Shown: positions 28,761 through 40,597 of the stretch, piece by piece | Layout of the letters: each line of letters opens with the position of its first letter | Numbering within the stretch: position 1 is the first letter of the stretch | Assembly: GCA_020852295.1 (NCBI GenBank) | Contig: JADZBC010000009.1 | Span: 104,628 to 168,627, forward strand | From: a bacterium | GTDB lineage: Bacteria; Patescibacteriota; Saccharimonadia; CAILAD01; JADZBC01 | Direction of reading: 5' to 3' | DNA: 64,000 bases | Notes under the pieces: generated by a model | Databases searched by the model: none | What the model was told of the DNA's origin: nothing | Seen by the model: only the letters and a program-made list of their open reading frames with translations | Made by a program: the position numbers and the translations under genes

Positions 28761-29756
28761 ATGCTTATGAATGGGATACCTGGATTTGAAGCGGCTCCAC
28801 CTGAGGGGATGCATAGCCCTGCCTCTGAGGCGGAACAAGATATGCGCTCAGCGTATGAAGTTGGCCGTGCTGAATTTAGTGAAACACCAAGCGATGAGGA
28901 GCTGGCGAGAAGACTTGGTGAGGCAGAATCTACGGCTGCATTGTCTCTAGAGAAAATCGCGGCTCTTGAGCGCAGAGTGCAGGAGCTCGAAGAGGAGAAC
29001 AGGACACTTAAAGCCCAGCGCCGTGATTCACACATGGCTGATGCAGCCACAACTGCTGATCTGGAGGCCCACTCGCAGCGAGTTCACGAGCTAGAACACG
29101 AAAATCGCCGGCTCAATGAGGAGCGTTTTACCGATCAGATGACCGGACTCAAGAATAAAGCTGCGCTCGATGCCGCACTTGATCATCTCGCGACCCAGCA
29201 AAAAGCGTACCGTAGCTATGAAGAGAACCCTGATCAGTATGATCCGAGTCAGTTTGGCCAATCCGCCGAAGTGCCAGCCAAGCCCAAGAAGATAGTGTTT
29301 TTTGATGCCAATAACTTCGGCAAGATCAATAAGCATGGTCGGTTTGGGCAAAAATATGGCGATACTGCCATTGTGAATGTCGGCAATGCCATCAAGGCTG
29401 CCGGAGAAGAGTTTGGTATCGAGATTCGTGATATGTTCCGGGTAGGCGGCGACGAGTTTGTGGTACTGGTTGACGAAGGCAAGGCCGAGGACTTCATACA
29501 AAGCGTTCAGAAAAATTTTGGCATTCATATCTATAATCGTGCGGGATACCATCGGGTCAGCTTCGATGAAGAGCGCAATACCGGTGCACTCTATGATCTG
29601 GATGATGAGGCGAGTGCAATCGTGACAGTTTCTGGCAAGGCCGGCGATGAATACAATGAGGCAAGCCATTTGACCGCCGAGAAAACAATGACCAAAGGCT
29701 TGGCGCGGCGAAAAGTAGGAGAGCTCTTTCATCAATACCACAGCGGCGAAAAATAG
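28761..29756 (+). CDS. GGDEF-domain diguanylate cyclase with N-terminal coiled coil
   Basis: MTGLKNKAAL..., FFDANNFGKINKHGR..GD and an intact RVGGDEFVVL motif. Confidence 0.7.
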   Translation: MLMNGIPGFEAAPPEGMHSPASEAEQDMRSAYEVGRAEFSETPSDEELARRLGEAESTAALSLEKIAALERRVQELEEENRTLKAQRRDSHMADAATTADLEAHSQRVHELEHENRRLNEERFTDQMTGLKNKAALDAALDHLATQQKAYRSYEENPDQYDPSQFGQSAEVPAKPKKIVFFDANNFGKINKHGRFGQKYGDTAIVNVGNAIKAAGEEFGIEIRDMFRVGGDEFVVLVDEGKAEDFIQSVQKNFGIHIYNRAGYHRVSFDEERNTGALYDLDDEASAIVTVSGKAGDEYNEASHLTAEKTMTKGLARRKVGELFHQYHSGEK

Positions 29757-29758
29757 AC

Positions 29759-29785
29759 TTAGCACTCTTGACAGCCGAGTGCCAA
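29759..29785 (+). promoter_or_regulatory. CIRCE operator 1 (TTAGCACTC-N9-GAGTGCCAA) embedding a TTGACA -35
   Basis: Matches the HrcA-binding CIRCE consensus TTAGCACTC-N9-GAGTGCTAA with one mismatch. Confidence 0.8.
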
Positions 29786-29803
29786 TTTTCTAAACTATTC
29801 TTG

Positions 29804-29830
29804 TTAGCACTTAACCGACTTCAGTGCTAA
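29804..29830 (+). promoter_or_regulatory. CIRCE operator 2 (TTAGCACTT-N9-CAGTGCTAA), followed by TATGAT
   Basis: Second near-consensus CIRCE inverted repeat 45 nt downstream of the first. Confidence 0.8.
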
Positions 29831-29908
29831 TATGATATGCAAGGACGACAGTCCGGTGGCGCGCAGTTTGGTGTAAATCGGCTGCGCTACACCTAATAAT
29901 AATCCAAT

Positions 29909-30600
29909 ATGACACCACGCCAACACGATATATTGCAAGCAGTTGTTCGCCACTATGCCGACACGGCTGAGCCGGTAGGGTCACTGGCGCTTTCTGAGGC
30001 ATTTGGTGTCAGCCCAGCTACAATTCGTGCCGAAATGGCGACCCTTGAGCGTCTCGGCTACATTTACCAGCCACACACATCGGCCGGTCGTGTGCCGACG
30101 GACAAAGGCTATCGCTACTACGTCAACAGCATATCCCCAGACCAGCCCAAGGCTCGCACGGTTCAGACAATCGAAAAGCGAGTCAGCTCATTAAAAGACC
30201 AAACCGACCAAGCTATCAAGATCGCGGCCGAAACTCTATCTGAACTGACCGGCAACACCGCCTTTGCGACGTTGAGCGACAGTCTCTATTACTATGGACT
30301 CAATCAGCTTTTCTCACAGCCGGAGTTTGTTGATCAGATTCGCGCCAGTATGGCCGCTCGATTTTTGGACGCTATGCAAGACTGGCTATTCACGAGTCCA
30401 TTTGATGAGCCGATCGAAGTTTATATCGGTCGAGAAAACCCTGTTGTCGAGACCTCGGGCCTCACGACAGTGATCTCTCGTTTTGAGTCGCCATACTCAC
30501 GCAATAGCTACATCGGCATAGTTGGTCCAACCCGACAAAGTTACGGTAAAGTCATTAGCCTGGTCGATGCCGTCGGCCGCCAATTGGAGGAGGTATTAAA

Positions 30601-30604
<4 letters not shown>
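29909..30604 (+). CDS. hrcA: heat-inducible transcription repressor HrcA (short form)
   Basis: N-terminal wHTH (RQHDILQAVVRHYADTAEPVGS). First gene behind the CIRCE elements. Confidence 0.8.
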
Positions 30605-33005
<2,401 letters not shown>

Positions 33006-33368
33006 ATGGCTATCGCCACCGGACAGGAATTTCTAGGGAAGACGATCGAAGTTATCTTTGATCGTCCCCTGGGCTCCATCCATCCCAAGTACGACGACAT
33101 GATCTACCCAGTAAACTATGGGTATGTACCTGGTACGAAAGCCGGCGACGGCGATGAGATAGATGTATACTACCTCACTGGCGATAAGCCGCTAGAAAAG
33201 GTCACCGCCAAGTGTATTGGCTACGTTAGGCGACTTGATGACAATGACGATAAGCTCATTGCTACCGCGGGTGAGCTGTACACAGTGGAAGAGATCGAGA
33301 AAAAACTTGAATTTCAGGAAAAATGGTTCAAGCATGAGATAATTTTAGAGAGTAAGAGAAAAGATTAA
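33006..33368 (+). CDS. short family-I inorganic pyrophosphatase-like protein (120 aa)
   Basis: FDRP...YPVNYGYVPGT..GDGDEIDV aligns to the PPase core (FVDR, YP-NYGY, DGDPxDV). It lacks about 55 aa of the canonical enzyme. Confidence 0.55.
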   Translation: MAIATGQEFLGKTIEVIFDRPLGSIHPKYDDMIYPVNYGYVPGTKAGDGDEIDVYYLTGDKPLEKVTAKCIGYVRRLDDNDDKLIATAGELYTVEEIEKKLEFQEKWFKHEIILESKRKD

Positions 33369-34114
33369 TGAAAACAATTGTATTTATAGATGGTGAAAAC
33401 TTCGTTTACCAGATGCGTGACAGTCTCGCCAAACGGCGACTAATCAAGTACCGTGACGAGTTGGCGCGAGTTGATATTCGCAAGTTACTGAGTGATCTAC
33501 TGCAAGATCCAACCATGAAACAAAGCAAGATTTTATACTACGCAGCGAAAGTGCGGGTGGTTGATAATACGCCAGAACTCAAAGAGCGCACCGAGCGCTA
33601 TGCCACCGAAGCGGAAAAATGGAAGGCAGTGCTGGCCAGTCAGAACGTCGAATATATTGAGGCTGGCCATCTGTTGGTGCGTGATGGTAAGCCGTGTCAG
33701 CAGTGTGGCCACAAAGAGCCAGTTCTTACCGAAAAGGGTGTCGATGTACAGCTGGCTACCGATCTTATTCGGAGCTCGGGTGAAAATGTCCGACTTGTAC
33801 TGCTAAGCTCAGACGGCGACCTCATTCCGGCGGTTGAAGAATCCAAGCGTCGTGGAGCTGAGATCGTGTATGTTGGTTTTTATGGGGTGAGCAACAATAC
33901 ACTGGCCAATGCTGCGAGCCGTAAGCTCATCATCAATGGCAAGATTGCCGCTGCAGCACTCGGTCCTAAGCCAAAAGAAGAGGCGCCGCGCAGCCAAAAA
34001 GAAGGTACGTCGCGCAAACCACGTAAGTCACAGGGCCGTCCTAATTTTGCTGAAGACTCACTGATGGCCGCGATTGAACAGCAGCATACTCAGCATGATC
34101 ATGGTGATAACTAA
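33368..34114 (+). CDS. NYN-domain (LabA-like) protein with basic C-terminal tail
   Basis: VFIDGENF...GVDVQLATDLI...LLSSDGDLIPAV are the acidic residues of a NYN/PIN-like RNase fold. Confidence 0.65.
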   Translation: MKTIVFIDGENFVYQMRDSLAKRRLIKYRDELARVDIRKLLSDLLQDPTMKQSKILYYAAKVRVVDNTPELKERTERYATEAEKWKAVLASQNVEYIEAGHLLVRDGKPCQQCGHKEPVLTEKGVDVQLATDLIRSSGENVRLVLLSSDGDLIPAVEESKRRGAEIVYVGFYGVSNNTLANAASRKLIINGKIAAAALGPKPKEEAPRSQKEGTSRKPRKSQGRPNFAEDSLMAAIEQQHTQHDHGDN

Positions 34115-34123
34115 GAGGAAACA

Positions 34124-34462
34124 GTGGTAAAGCGAATTCATCATCGACTTTCGTATATTCTTCTCGCGATTAGCGCGCTGTATATACTTTTCGGGTTTAG
34201 TGCTATTGCCGCCAAGCGAGGACTGAATTACCGGCCAAACCCCACTGCCGCAGTTGACTTGGCCGACAGCGTAAAGCTCGATCGTGCGCGCTATGTGAAT
34301 GCCGTTGACTGGTTGCTCGATACGTCGAAAAATTCCCTTCCATTGACCGCTAATCATGTCGCAAGCTATGACCCGATCGATCTTAAGTTGGCCGGTGTAA
34401 TCTTTGTGGTGTCACTTGCTTCGCTTTTTGTACATAAGAAGATGGAGGTGCGCAGTGAGTAA
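34124..34462 (+). CDS. small hypothetical membrane protein
   Basis: ORF with 2 TM segments between the NYN gene and dnaJ. Confidence 0.4.
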   Translation: MVKRIHHRLSYILLAISALYILFGFSAIAAKRGLNYRPNPTAAVDLADSVKLDRARYVNAVDWLLDTSKNSLPLTANHVASYDPIDLKLAGVIFVVSLASLFVHKKMEVRSE

Positions 34463-35363
34463 GCGTGATTACTATGAAGTGCTTGGCGTCAGCAAGGGTG
34501 CAAGTAAGGATGAGATAAAGAAAGCCTTTCGCAAGAAAGCGATCGAGCATCATCCTGACAAAGGTGGTGACGAAGCGAAGTTTAAAGAGGTCAATGAGGC
34601 CTACGAAGTACTCAGTGACGACCAGAAAAAAGCTGCCTATGATCAATTTGGCCATGCGGCAGGAGCTGCAAATGCTGGAGGTCCTGGGGGAGGTAATCCG
34701 TTTGAGGGCTTCGACGGGCAGGGCTTTGGTGGTTTTGATTTCTCTGGTTTTCAGGGCGGTGCCGGCGGTGGTCTGAACGATATTTTTGATATGTTCTTTA
34801 CCGGTATGCGCAACCGAGCACGGGATGTAGAGGTGGCGCTGACCATTGATTTTGAAGAGGCTGTCCGTGGTACCACCAAAGAATTGAGCCTGCGCATTGT
34901 CAATAATCAAAAGCAGGAACGCGAGAATAAGACGGTCAAAGTTAAGATTCCAGCTGGTATCGACGACGGTCAATCGATCAAGCTCGCTGGTCACGGTGAG
35001 GTGAGTCCGAACGGCACTAAGGGCGATCTGTATGTCCATATTCGGGTGCGTCCAAGTAAGGAGTTTGAGCGAGAAGGTCCCCACATAATCTCGCGGCTGC
35101 ATATCGATATGATAGATGCAGCACTCGGTACGACGGCTGAGATCAATACCCTCGATGGTAAGGTGAAGATTAAGATTCCGGCAGGCAGTCAGCACGGCAA
35201 AGTCATCAAGCTGTCTGGCAAAGGCATGCCAGTTGTGCAGTCTGACCGACATGGCGATCACCTCATTGAATTGCTCGTCGATATTCCAACCAAGCTTAGC
35301 TCCAAACAAAAAAAGCTGCTTGAAGAGTACCGCAACGCTGGCAAAGGTCGCCATTTCTGGTAA
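34455..35363 (+). CDS. dnaJ: J-domain chaperone DnaJ lacking the Cys-rich zinc-finger domain
   Basis: GTG start with GGAGG 6 nt upstream. J domain DYYEVLGV...HPDK. G/F-rich region. C-terminal substrate-binding domains. No CxxCxGxG repeats. Confidence 0.85.
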   Translation: MSKRDYYEVLGVSKGASKDEIKKAFRKKAIEHHPDKGGDEAKFKEVNEAYEVLSDDQKKAAYDQFGHAAGAANAGGPGGGNPFEGFDGQGFGGFDFSGFQGGAGGGLNDIFDMFFTGMRNRARDVEVALTIDFEEAVRGTTKELSLRIVNNQKQERENKTVKVKIPAGIDDGQSIKLAGHGEVSPNGTKGDLYVHIRVRPSKEFEREGPHIISRLHIDMIDAALGTTAEINTLDGKVKIKIPAGSQHGKVIKLSGKGMPVVQSDRHGDHLIELLVDIPTKLSSKQKKLLEEYRNAGKGRHFW

Positions 35364-35398
35364 TCGCTAAGCATAAGGACTGATGATATACTAGCGGT

Positions 35399-35905
35399 AT
35401 GGTCCACATGGCCGCACTACCCAATATTAATTTCAATGCTAAGGCGCTGATCGTCGTCGGTATCATCTTGGTGCTTGGTATTGTGCTGGGTGAACACCGC
35501 GCCAAGCGGATTGCTATGGGCTCTTTTGTGGGTTTTATCGTCGCTGACAAGCTTGGACAGGGCGCATTTAACTACCTGCAGAAACAAACCTGGGGACAGG
35601 GCGTGAGCCTCTCGACCGTTCAGATTGTGCTCTTCGCAGCCTTTGTTTTGCTACTCACCGCCGGCCATAGCGAGGAGCTCGGTCGCGGCCACATCAACCT
35701 CAAACTGATCATTCTATCCTTGCTTACCTCGGTGTTTATCATCGCTTCGCTCATTGGATTTTTGCCGCCCGGTAGCCGCGAACAGCTCGTGACCGACTAC
35801 AACATTGCGGCCCTGATCTACAATTGGCAGTATGGCTGGCTGCTTGCTACCGCACTTTGGATGGCACTTCTCAACTATTTACCCAAGCCAGACAAGAAAA
35901 AATAA
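35399..35905 (+). CDS. hypothetical membrane protein (4-5 TM)
   Basis: ORF with hydrophobic helices. Confidence 0.4.
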   Translation: MVHMAALPNINFNAKALIVVGIILVLGIVLGEHRAKRIAMGSFVGFIVADKLGQGAFNYLQKQTWGQGVSLSTVQIVLFAAFVLLLTAGHSEELGRGHINLKLIILSLLTSVFIIASLIGFLPPGSREQLVTDYNIAALIYNWQYGWLLATALWMALLNYLPKPDKKK

Positions 35906-36009
35906 TATTGACAAGAGTGCTCCGCATCTCTAGTATTGACCCGTACTTATAACTAAACAAAAAACAACGAAAATTAATTGATTGCCAGCCTCAAGCGCAA
36001 TGAGGTAAA

Positions 36010-36927
36010 GTGGAGTTGACTATGAAAATTTACATACTTGCTCGACCAAATAGAAAGAACGGTGCCGAACGCCTTTTGCAGGCGGCGCTAGAGCGTGGTC
36101 ACGATGCGAAGCTCGTCGACTACACCAAGTGTTATTGTAATATCGAGAAGAGCAATCCTGAGATTCACTACGACGGTAAGGTGCTCGAGAAGCCAGATGC
36201 TATCATTCCGCGTATTTCGATCGCGTCGCAGAGCTATGGTTCTGCTATCATCCGTCAGTTTGAGATGATGAATGTCTTTAACACCACTGGCTCTTTGGCG
36301 TTTCTTCGCGCTCGTGACAAACTACGTAGCATGCAGCTACTCGCGCGTCACAGTATTGATTTTCCAAAAACAGCTTTTGCGATGGAGACCCAGCACATCG
36401 ATAACCTTATCGCCATGGTTGGCGGTGCACCACTCATAATCAAGGTTACACGTGGTAGTCAGGGCGTCGGCGTCATGCTTGCAGAGTCCAAAAATGCTGC
36501 CAAGTCAATCATCCAGACGCTCTACTCCCAGAACGTGAATATTATGGTGCAAGAGTACATCGCTGAATCGGCCGGTGCCGATGTACGCGTCTTTATTGTT
36601 GGAAGCAAGATTGTCGGGGCATTCAAACGTCAAGCTGTCGAAGGAGAGTTTCGTAGCAACATTCACACCGGTGGTGAAGGCAAGCCTATCCGCCTCACGA
36701 AGGAAGAGCGCAAGATGGCTCTGGCTGTCGCCAAGAACCACAACCTCTCCATCGCCGGAGTGGATCTGCTTCAATCCGATCGCGGTCCGCTCGCCATGGA
36801 GGTCAACGCGTTTCCAATGATGAACGCGATTGAGCAGGTGACTGGCAAAGACATCGCTGGCAGCATCATCAAATACGTCGAAGAGCAGGTGCCAAAGAAG
36901 CCAAAGCGCGACAAGGTTGGTGTCTAG
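36010..36927 (+). CDS. rimK: RimK-family ATP-grasp alpha-L-glutamate ligase
   Basis: ATP-grasp fold with RimK-like motifs (IIKVTRGSQGVGVML, VQEYIAE, GVDLL). Confidence 0.75.
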   Translation: MELTMKIYILARPNRKNGAERLLQAALERGHDAKLVDYTKCYCNIEKSNPEIHYDGKVLEKPDAIIPRISIASQSYGSAIIRQFEMMNVFNTTGSLAFLRARDKLRSMQLLARHSIDFPKTAFAMETQHIDNLIAMVGGAPLIIKVTRGSQGVGVMLAESKNAAKSIIQTLYSQNVNIMVQEYIAESAGADVRVFIVGSKIVGAFKRQAVEGEFRSNIHTGGEGKPIRLTKEERKMALAVAKNHNLSIAGVDLLQSDRGPLAMEVNAFPMMNAIEQVTGKDIAGSIIKYVEEQVPKKPKRDKVGV

Positions 36928-36936
36928 CCGAGGGCT

Positions 36937-37542
36937 TTGTTTATGAAAAAGCTCAATGTCCTGCTGATCGACAACGACACTCATTACAAGCAAAAGCTTC
37001 GCAATTTGTTGGCCGCTCATGATCTCACGGTTATTGATTACACCCAAATCGGCGAGATTGAGCAGACTGACTATGATGTCATCGTACTCTCGGGCGGAGG
37101 TATTAAGACCGAGGATGGCCGCCGCCGTTCCCTCAAACGTTTCTCGCATCTGTATGAAGATCAGATCAAGCTTGTCAAAGAAGCTAAAGTACCAATTGTT
37201 GGTATCTGCCTTGGCTGTCAGATTATCGGTCATGCTTATGGCGCAAAGCTTTCGCGTCAGTTCAAGATCCGCCGCAAGGGCCTGAGCGATATTGTTACCA
37301 TTCGCCACAGTGCGGTCATGGGTGATCTGCAAGAAGCAACAGTATTCCAGTCAAACCGCTGGATTATTACCGACCTACCAGATGATCTTATTTGTATCGC
37401 TGCTTCTGACGAAGGGGCAGAGGTGATTCGTCACCGTAGCAAGCCGCTCTATGGCGTGCAATTCCACCCCGAGCGTCGGGTTGGCAAAAACGACGGCGCC
37501 AAGATTTTTAATAACATCCTCAAAGTTATTTTTTCGAAGTAG
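36937..37542 (+). CDS. class-I glutamine amidotransferase / peptidase C26-like protein
   Basis: Nucleophile elbow GICLGCQ. C-terminal GVQFHPE. Confidence 0.7.
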   Translation: MFMKKLNVLLIDNDTHYKQKLRNLLAAHDLTVIDYTQIGEIEQTDYDVIVLSGGGIKTEDGRRRSLKRFSHLYEDQIKLVKEAKVPIVGICLGCQIIGHAYGAKLSRQFKIRRKGLSDIVTIRHSAVMGDLQEATVFQSNRWIITDLPDDLICIAASDEGAEVIRHRSKPLYGVQFHPERRVGKNDGAKIFNNILKVIFSK

Positions 37543-38236
37543 CTTTTTTCTTGGGTCGCTCGGTGGCGTAGAAGTTTTCGAAAATCACCTCGCCAATGTG
37601 GCGCGAAAACGGCATGCGACCGCGCTCGTGTCGACCAAGCCAGTTGCTTGGGAGGTGACGGGTAATGTGCTGGGTGATGATTGTTTTGGCGGTACGCTTA
37701 CTGATCTCCGGATGAAACTGTACGCCGTAGATATTGAGTAACTTATGCTCATAGGCCTCTATCTTGCAGCGCGCCGAGCTCGCGGTGATGATGAAGCCTT
37801 TCGGCAGACTCACGACGTCATCGTGATGGTGTTCAAACGCATAGAAGTTGTGTGGCAACCCGGCCAGCAGACGGCTCTCGCCATGACGGGTCATGCGAAA
37901 CCAGCCAGTTTCGGGGTTGACGTAGCTTTCAATGGCATCGCTACCCTCAAGGGCGGCCGCAATCATTTGGTGGCCAAAGCAAACCCCGAGGATCGGTATC
38001 TCTTCGCGGACTGCTTGGCGAATCAGCTTTTGCAAGTGGGGTAGGGTTGGGTCGTCCATCGAGACACGCCCGCCACCACCGGTGAGTACGACGTGACTAT
38101 AGTCATCGAGTTTTTTGGGTAGATCGTCATGAGCACGTACGGCGACGTCGTATTTGGCGCGGACGTCTTCGCGAAATACCGAGCACTTGTTGCAGAACTT
38201 CTGGAGGTGATTATCGATGATCAGTATATTGCGCAT
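37526..38236 (-). CDS. class-I glutamine amidotransferase / peptidase C26-like protein (second copy, convergent)
   Basis: GVCFGHQ and GVQFHPE catalytic motifs. Confidence 0.7.
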   Translation of the reverse strand: MRNILIIDNHLQKFCNKCSVFREDVRAKYDVAVRAHDDLPKKLDDYSHVVLTGGGGRVSMDDPTLPHLQKLIRQAVREEIPILGVCFGHQMIAAALEGSDAIESYVNPETGWFRMTRHGESRLLAGLPHNFYAFEHHHDDVVSLPKGFIITASSARCKIEAYEHKLLNIYGVQFHPEISKRTAKTIITQHITRHLPSNWLGRHERGRMPFSRHIGEVIFENFYATERPKKKATSKK

Positions 38237-38404
38237 TGTTTTATTGTATCAAAGCACAAGCACTTCAGAATACTTGCCAAATTATAACTTTTATGCTATA
38301 ATTTGCCACTGACGTCCCAGGTGTAATAACCTGGGCGCGTTCATCTACATCCACCACCACTTCAAGACCTCCTGAAGAAGGAGGCATGCCAAGGAAGTAT
38401 CACC

Positions 38405-38959
38405 ATGACCGAATTGCGCGATTACTTCGCGTACGGCTCCAACAACGACGCGCAGATGCTGGAGCGCCTCGGTCGACTGCCGTCCAAGGCGGTTGGCTTC
38501 GCCGAGCTGCATGGCTTTCGACCCGCCTTCATGGGTCGGAGCGTCAAGCGGTTCTGTGCCACGCTCACCGCCGTTCACACCGGCGACTTCGCCGATCGCG
38601 TGTTCGGCACGCTGTACCTCGACCTGACGGAAGAGGAGTTCGCCATCCTCGACCGCAAGGAAGGGGTGAAGTACGACGATCAGGGCAAGCCGACGGGCCG
38701 CTACATGCGGATCAGCCGACCGGTGACGATCAACGAAGGCGAGACCGCCGATCGTCAGGCTGAGCTCTACGTGATGACCGGCAACCTGCAGGTCGATCGC
38801 GAGGAGCGTGCGCCCAGCACGGACTACCTCTACAACGTCCTACAGGCCGCCTTCACGGCGGGCATGCCCGACTGGTACATCAAGAAGTACCTCATGGTGC
38901 CCACCGAGAACGTCGTGCGCCACGAGCGCATGCCGATCGACGACTGGCAGCCCGCCTGA
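38405..38959 (+). CDS. gamma-glutamylcyclotransferase (AIG2/GGCT-like), high-GC foreign gene
   Basis: N-terminal YFAYGSN motif. GC about 65% by eye with strong GC3 bias. Confidence 0.65.
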   Translation: MTELRDYFAYGSNNDAQMLERLGRLPSKAVGFAELHGFRPAFMGRSVKRFCATLTAVHTGDFADRVFGTLYLDLTEEEFAILDRKEGVKYDDQGKPTGRYMRISRPVTINEGETADRQAELYVMTGNLQVDREERAPSTDYLYNVLQAAFTAGMPDWYIKKYLMVPTENVVRHERMPIDDWQPA

Positions 38960-38967
38960 TCTTCGGG

Positions 38968-39012
38968 ATGGTGGTGGAAGTACGGGTGGGGCTTCGGCCC
39001 CACCCACCACCT
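38968..39012 (+). terminator. long GC hairpin (ggtggtgg..gggtggggc-ttcg-gccccaccc..ccaccacc)
   Basis: Perfect 9-bp core stem extended by ggtggtgg/ccaccacc, right after the GGCT stop. No clear T-tract. Confidence 0.45.
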
Positions 39013-39082
39013 CTATACTTTGCCGACAGATTGACTATTTTACTATTTTGAGCTTAAATATATGAGTTCATTGCCCCGTTGA

Positions 39083-39184
39083 GGCCCTTAGCTCAGTTGG
39101 TTGTCTCGCTTTGCGAGCTTCAAAATATGTGCTCGGACATTAACAGATTAAATACTTCGCTCCACGAACATTAATTTAATTCGT
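39083..39184 (+). other. tRNA-like 5' fragment (first about 20 nt identical to tRNA-Lys 5' end) followed by hairpin-rich spacer
   Basis: ggcccttagctcagttggtt is identical to the start of the adjacent tRNA-Lys, then diverges. No anticodon or T arm. Confidence 0.4.
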
Positions 39185-39261
39185 GGGCCCTTAGCTCAGT
39201 TGGTTAGAGCACCTGCCTTTTAAGCAGGGTGTCGTGGGTTCGAGCCCCACAGGGCCCTCCA
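39185..39261 (+). tRNA. tRNA-Lys (TTT)
   Basis: Cloverleaf with anticodon loop cuUUUaa. T-arm gtgggttcgagccccac. CCA encoded. Confidence 0.9.
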
Positions 39262-39265
39262 TTTT

Positions 39266-39290
39266 TTATAAAGACCTCATGGTCTTTTTT
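39266..39290 (+). terminator. rho-independent terminator after tRNA-Lys (agacc-tcat-ggtct + T7)
   Basis: Hairpin plus T-run. Confidence 0.7.
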
Positions 39291-39360
39291 TGTTGTCTAT
39301 TGACGGCCTATTACTAATGTATTATTGTTAGGCCAACTATAAGCATAATGAAAATAAAAA

Positions 39361-39981
39361 ATGCCTGCCAAAAAACAAAAAAGCTTCGTACCTTCAATAA
39401 AATCAGTTAAATCACCTTCAAAGCGCCGCATAATTGTTGGACTATTATTAATTGCCGTCCTCGGCGGTGTAGCATTAGTATTGCGAAGTCTTGCCGCCGG
39501 ACCATATACGCTTGTTCGAACTATGGGCAGGTCGGCGGGTTTCAGCTATAACGACGGGATATATATGGGAGTTAATGCTGGATCTCCGCCGACATGTTCT
39601 AGAACCTCAGTATATGATGATCGCTGGAAGTTTAATGTGGCAGTACTTGGGTGCCAGCAGCGCGGCAACTACGCAGATCATGTATGGGCACACGCAAGGT
39701 GGGATAACCCTGGAGCAGGAAATTGGAAATTGTGCGCATGGGTAATTGGTGTCTCAAAGGGGCTGCTGTTCGAGGTTTTTCTCGGTTCGAAGGAAGGTGG
39801 AACAAAAATACTTAATGAAAGGATTCCTATCTTCAATAACTCTCAATATCAGTACCTATGTACGCAGAATAGTATATGGGCTGATTATGGTAAAACCTAC
39901 GGCGCTCAGATAGCTGTATATCCCTATGCTGATTCGGGGACCATAGTTCGTGTGGCATCAATCAATCTCGTTCGACAGTAG
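39361..39981 (+). CDS. hypothetical membrane-anchored secreted protein
   Basis: Basic N-terminus with a single TM. Cys-containing extracellular domain. No recognised domain. Confidence 0.45.
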   Translation: MPAKKQKSFVPSIKSVKSPSKRRIIVGLLLIAVLGGVALVLRSLAAGPYTLVRTMGRSAGFSYNDGIYMGVNAGSPPTCSRTSVYDDRWKFNVAVLGCQQRGNYADHVWAHARWDNPGAGNWKLCAWVIGVSKGLLFEVFLGSKEGGTKILNERIPIFNNSQYQYLCTQNSIWADYGKTYGAQIAVYPYADSGTIVRVASINLVRQ

Positions 39982-40030
39982 GCTCTACTAACTAGAATAT
40001 TGAGGCAAGTGCCTGTTATCATAGCCACAA

Positions 40031-40585
40031 ATGGAACAAAATAGTTTAGCTCTTAGCTACCTCCTCGGCGCCTTTTTGGTCGTCAATTTGTTGCACCTCT
40101 ACTTGATCATCTCGCAGCGCGACGCACGTAAGGGGGCAATTAGCTACTACGCACTCAAAAGCCGACAGACCTACTGGCTATTTTTGACTGGGCACATAGT
40201 GGGCGCCTGGTTTTTCTATCGTTTCGCAGAGCTTTTCTTCCTGCAGACCTATGGTCTTAAGGTGGCTTATTGGTTTGCTGTCATCGGGGTCACGGCTGAG
40301 ATCGTGCAAGCCATCATTCCCGCGCAAGGTGCCGCGGAGAAATATCACCGCCTTGTGGCATACATAGTAGCCTGGACGACGGTGGGTATGGGGTTTGTCT
40401 GTTCGCTCGGTCTTCCGCTCACGACATCCGTACGTGTGGCGGGCTATACGTTGGTCGCAATCGTGGTGCTGCTCATGGCATCGGCAAATGTATTCGTGAA
40501 GCCAAAACACTTTTGGATTCTGCAGATGGTCGCTATCCTGGTTTTTTATGCTCAAATGTTTTTGATGGTCTACACCGCTCGCTAG
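40031..40585 (+). CDS. hypothetical polytopic membrane protein
   Basis: Five hydrophobic segments. Confidence 0.45.
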   Translation: MEQNSLALSYLLGAFLVVNLLHLYLIISQRDARKGAISYYALKSRQTYWLFLTGHIVGAWFFYRFAELFFLQTYGLKVAYWFAVIGVTAEIVQAIIPAQGAAEKYHRLVAYIVAWTTVGMGFVCSLGLPLTTSVRVAGYTLVAIVVLLMASANVFVKPKHFWILQMVAILVFYAQMFLMVYTAR

Positions 40586-40597
40586 CACCGCTCATGC

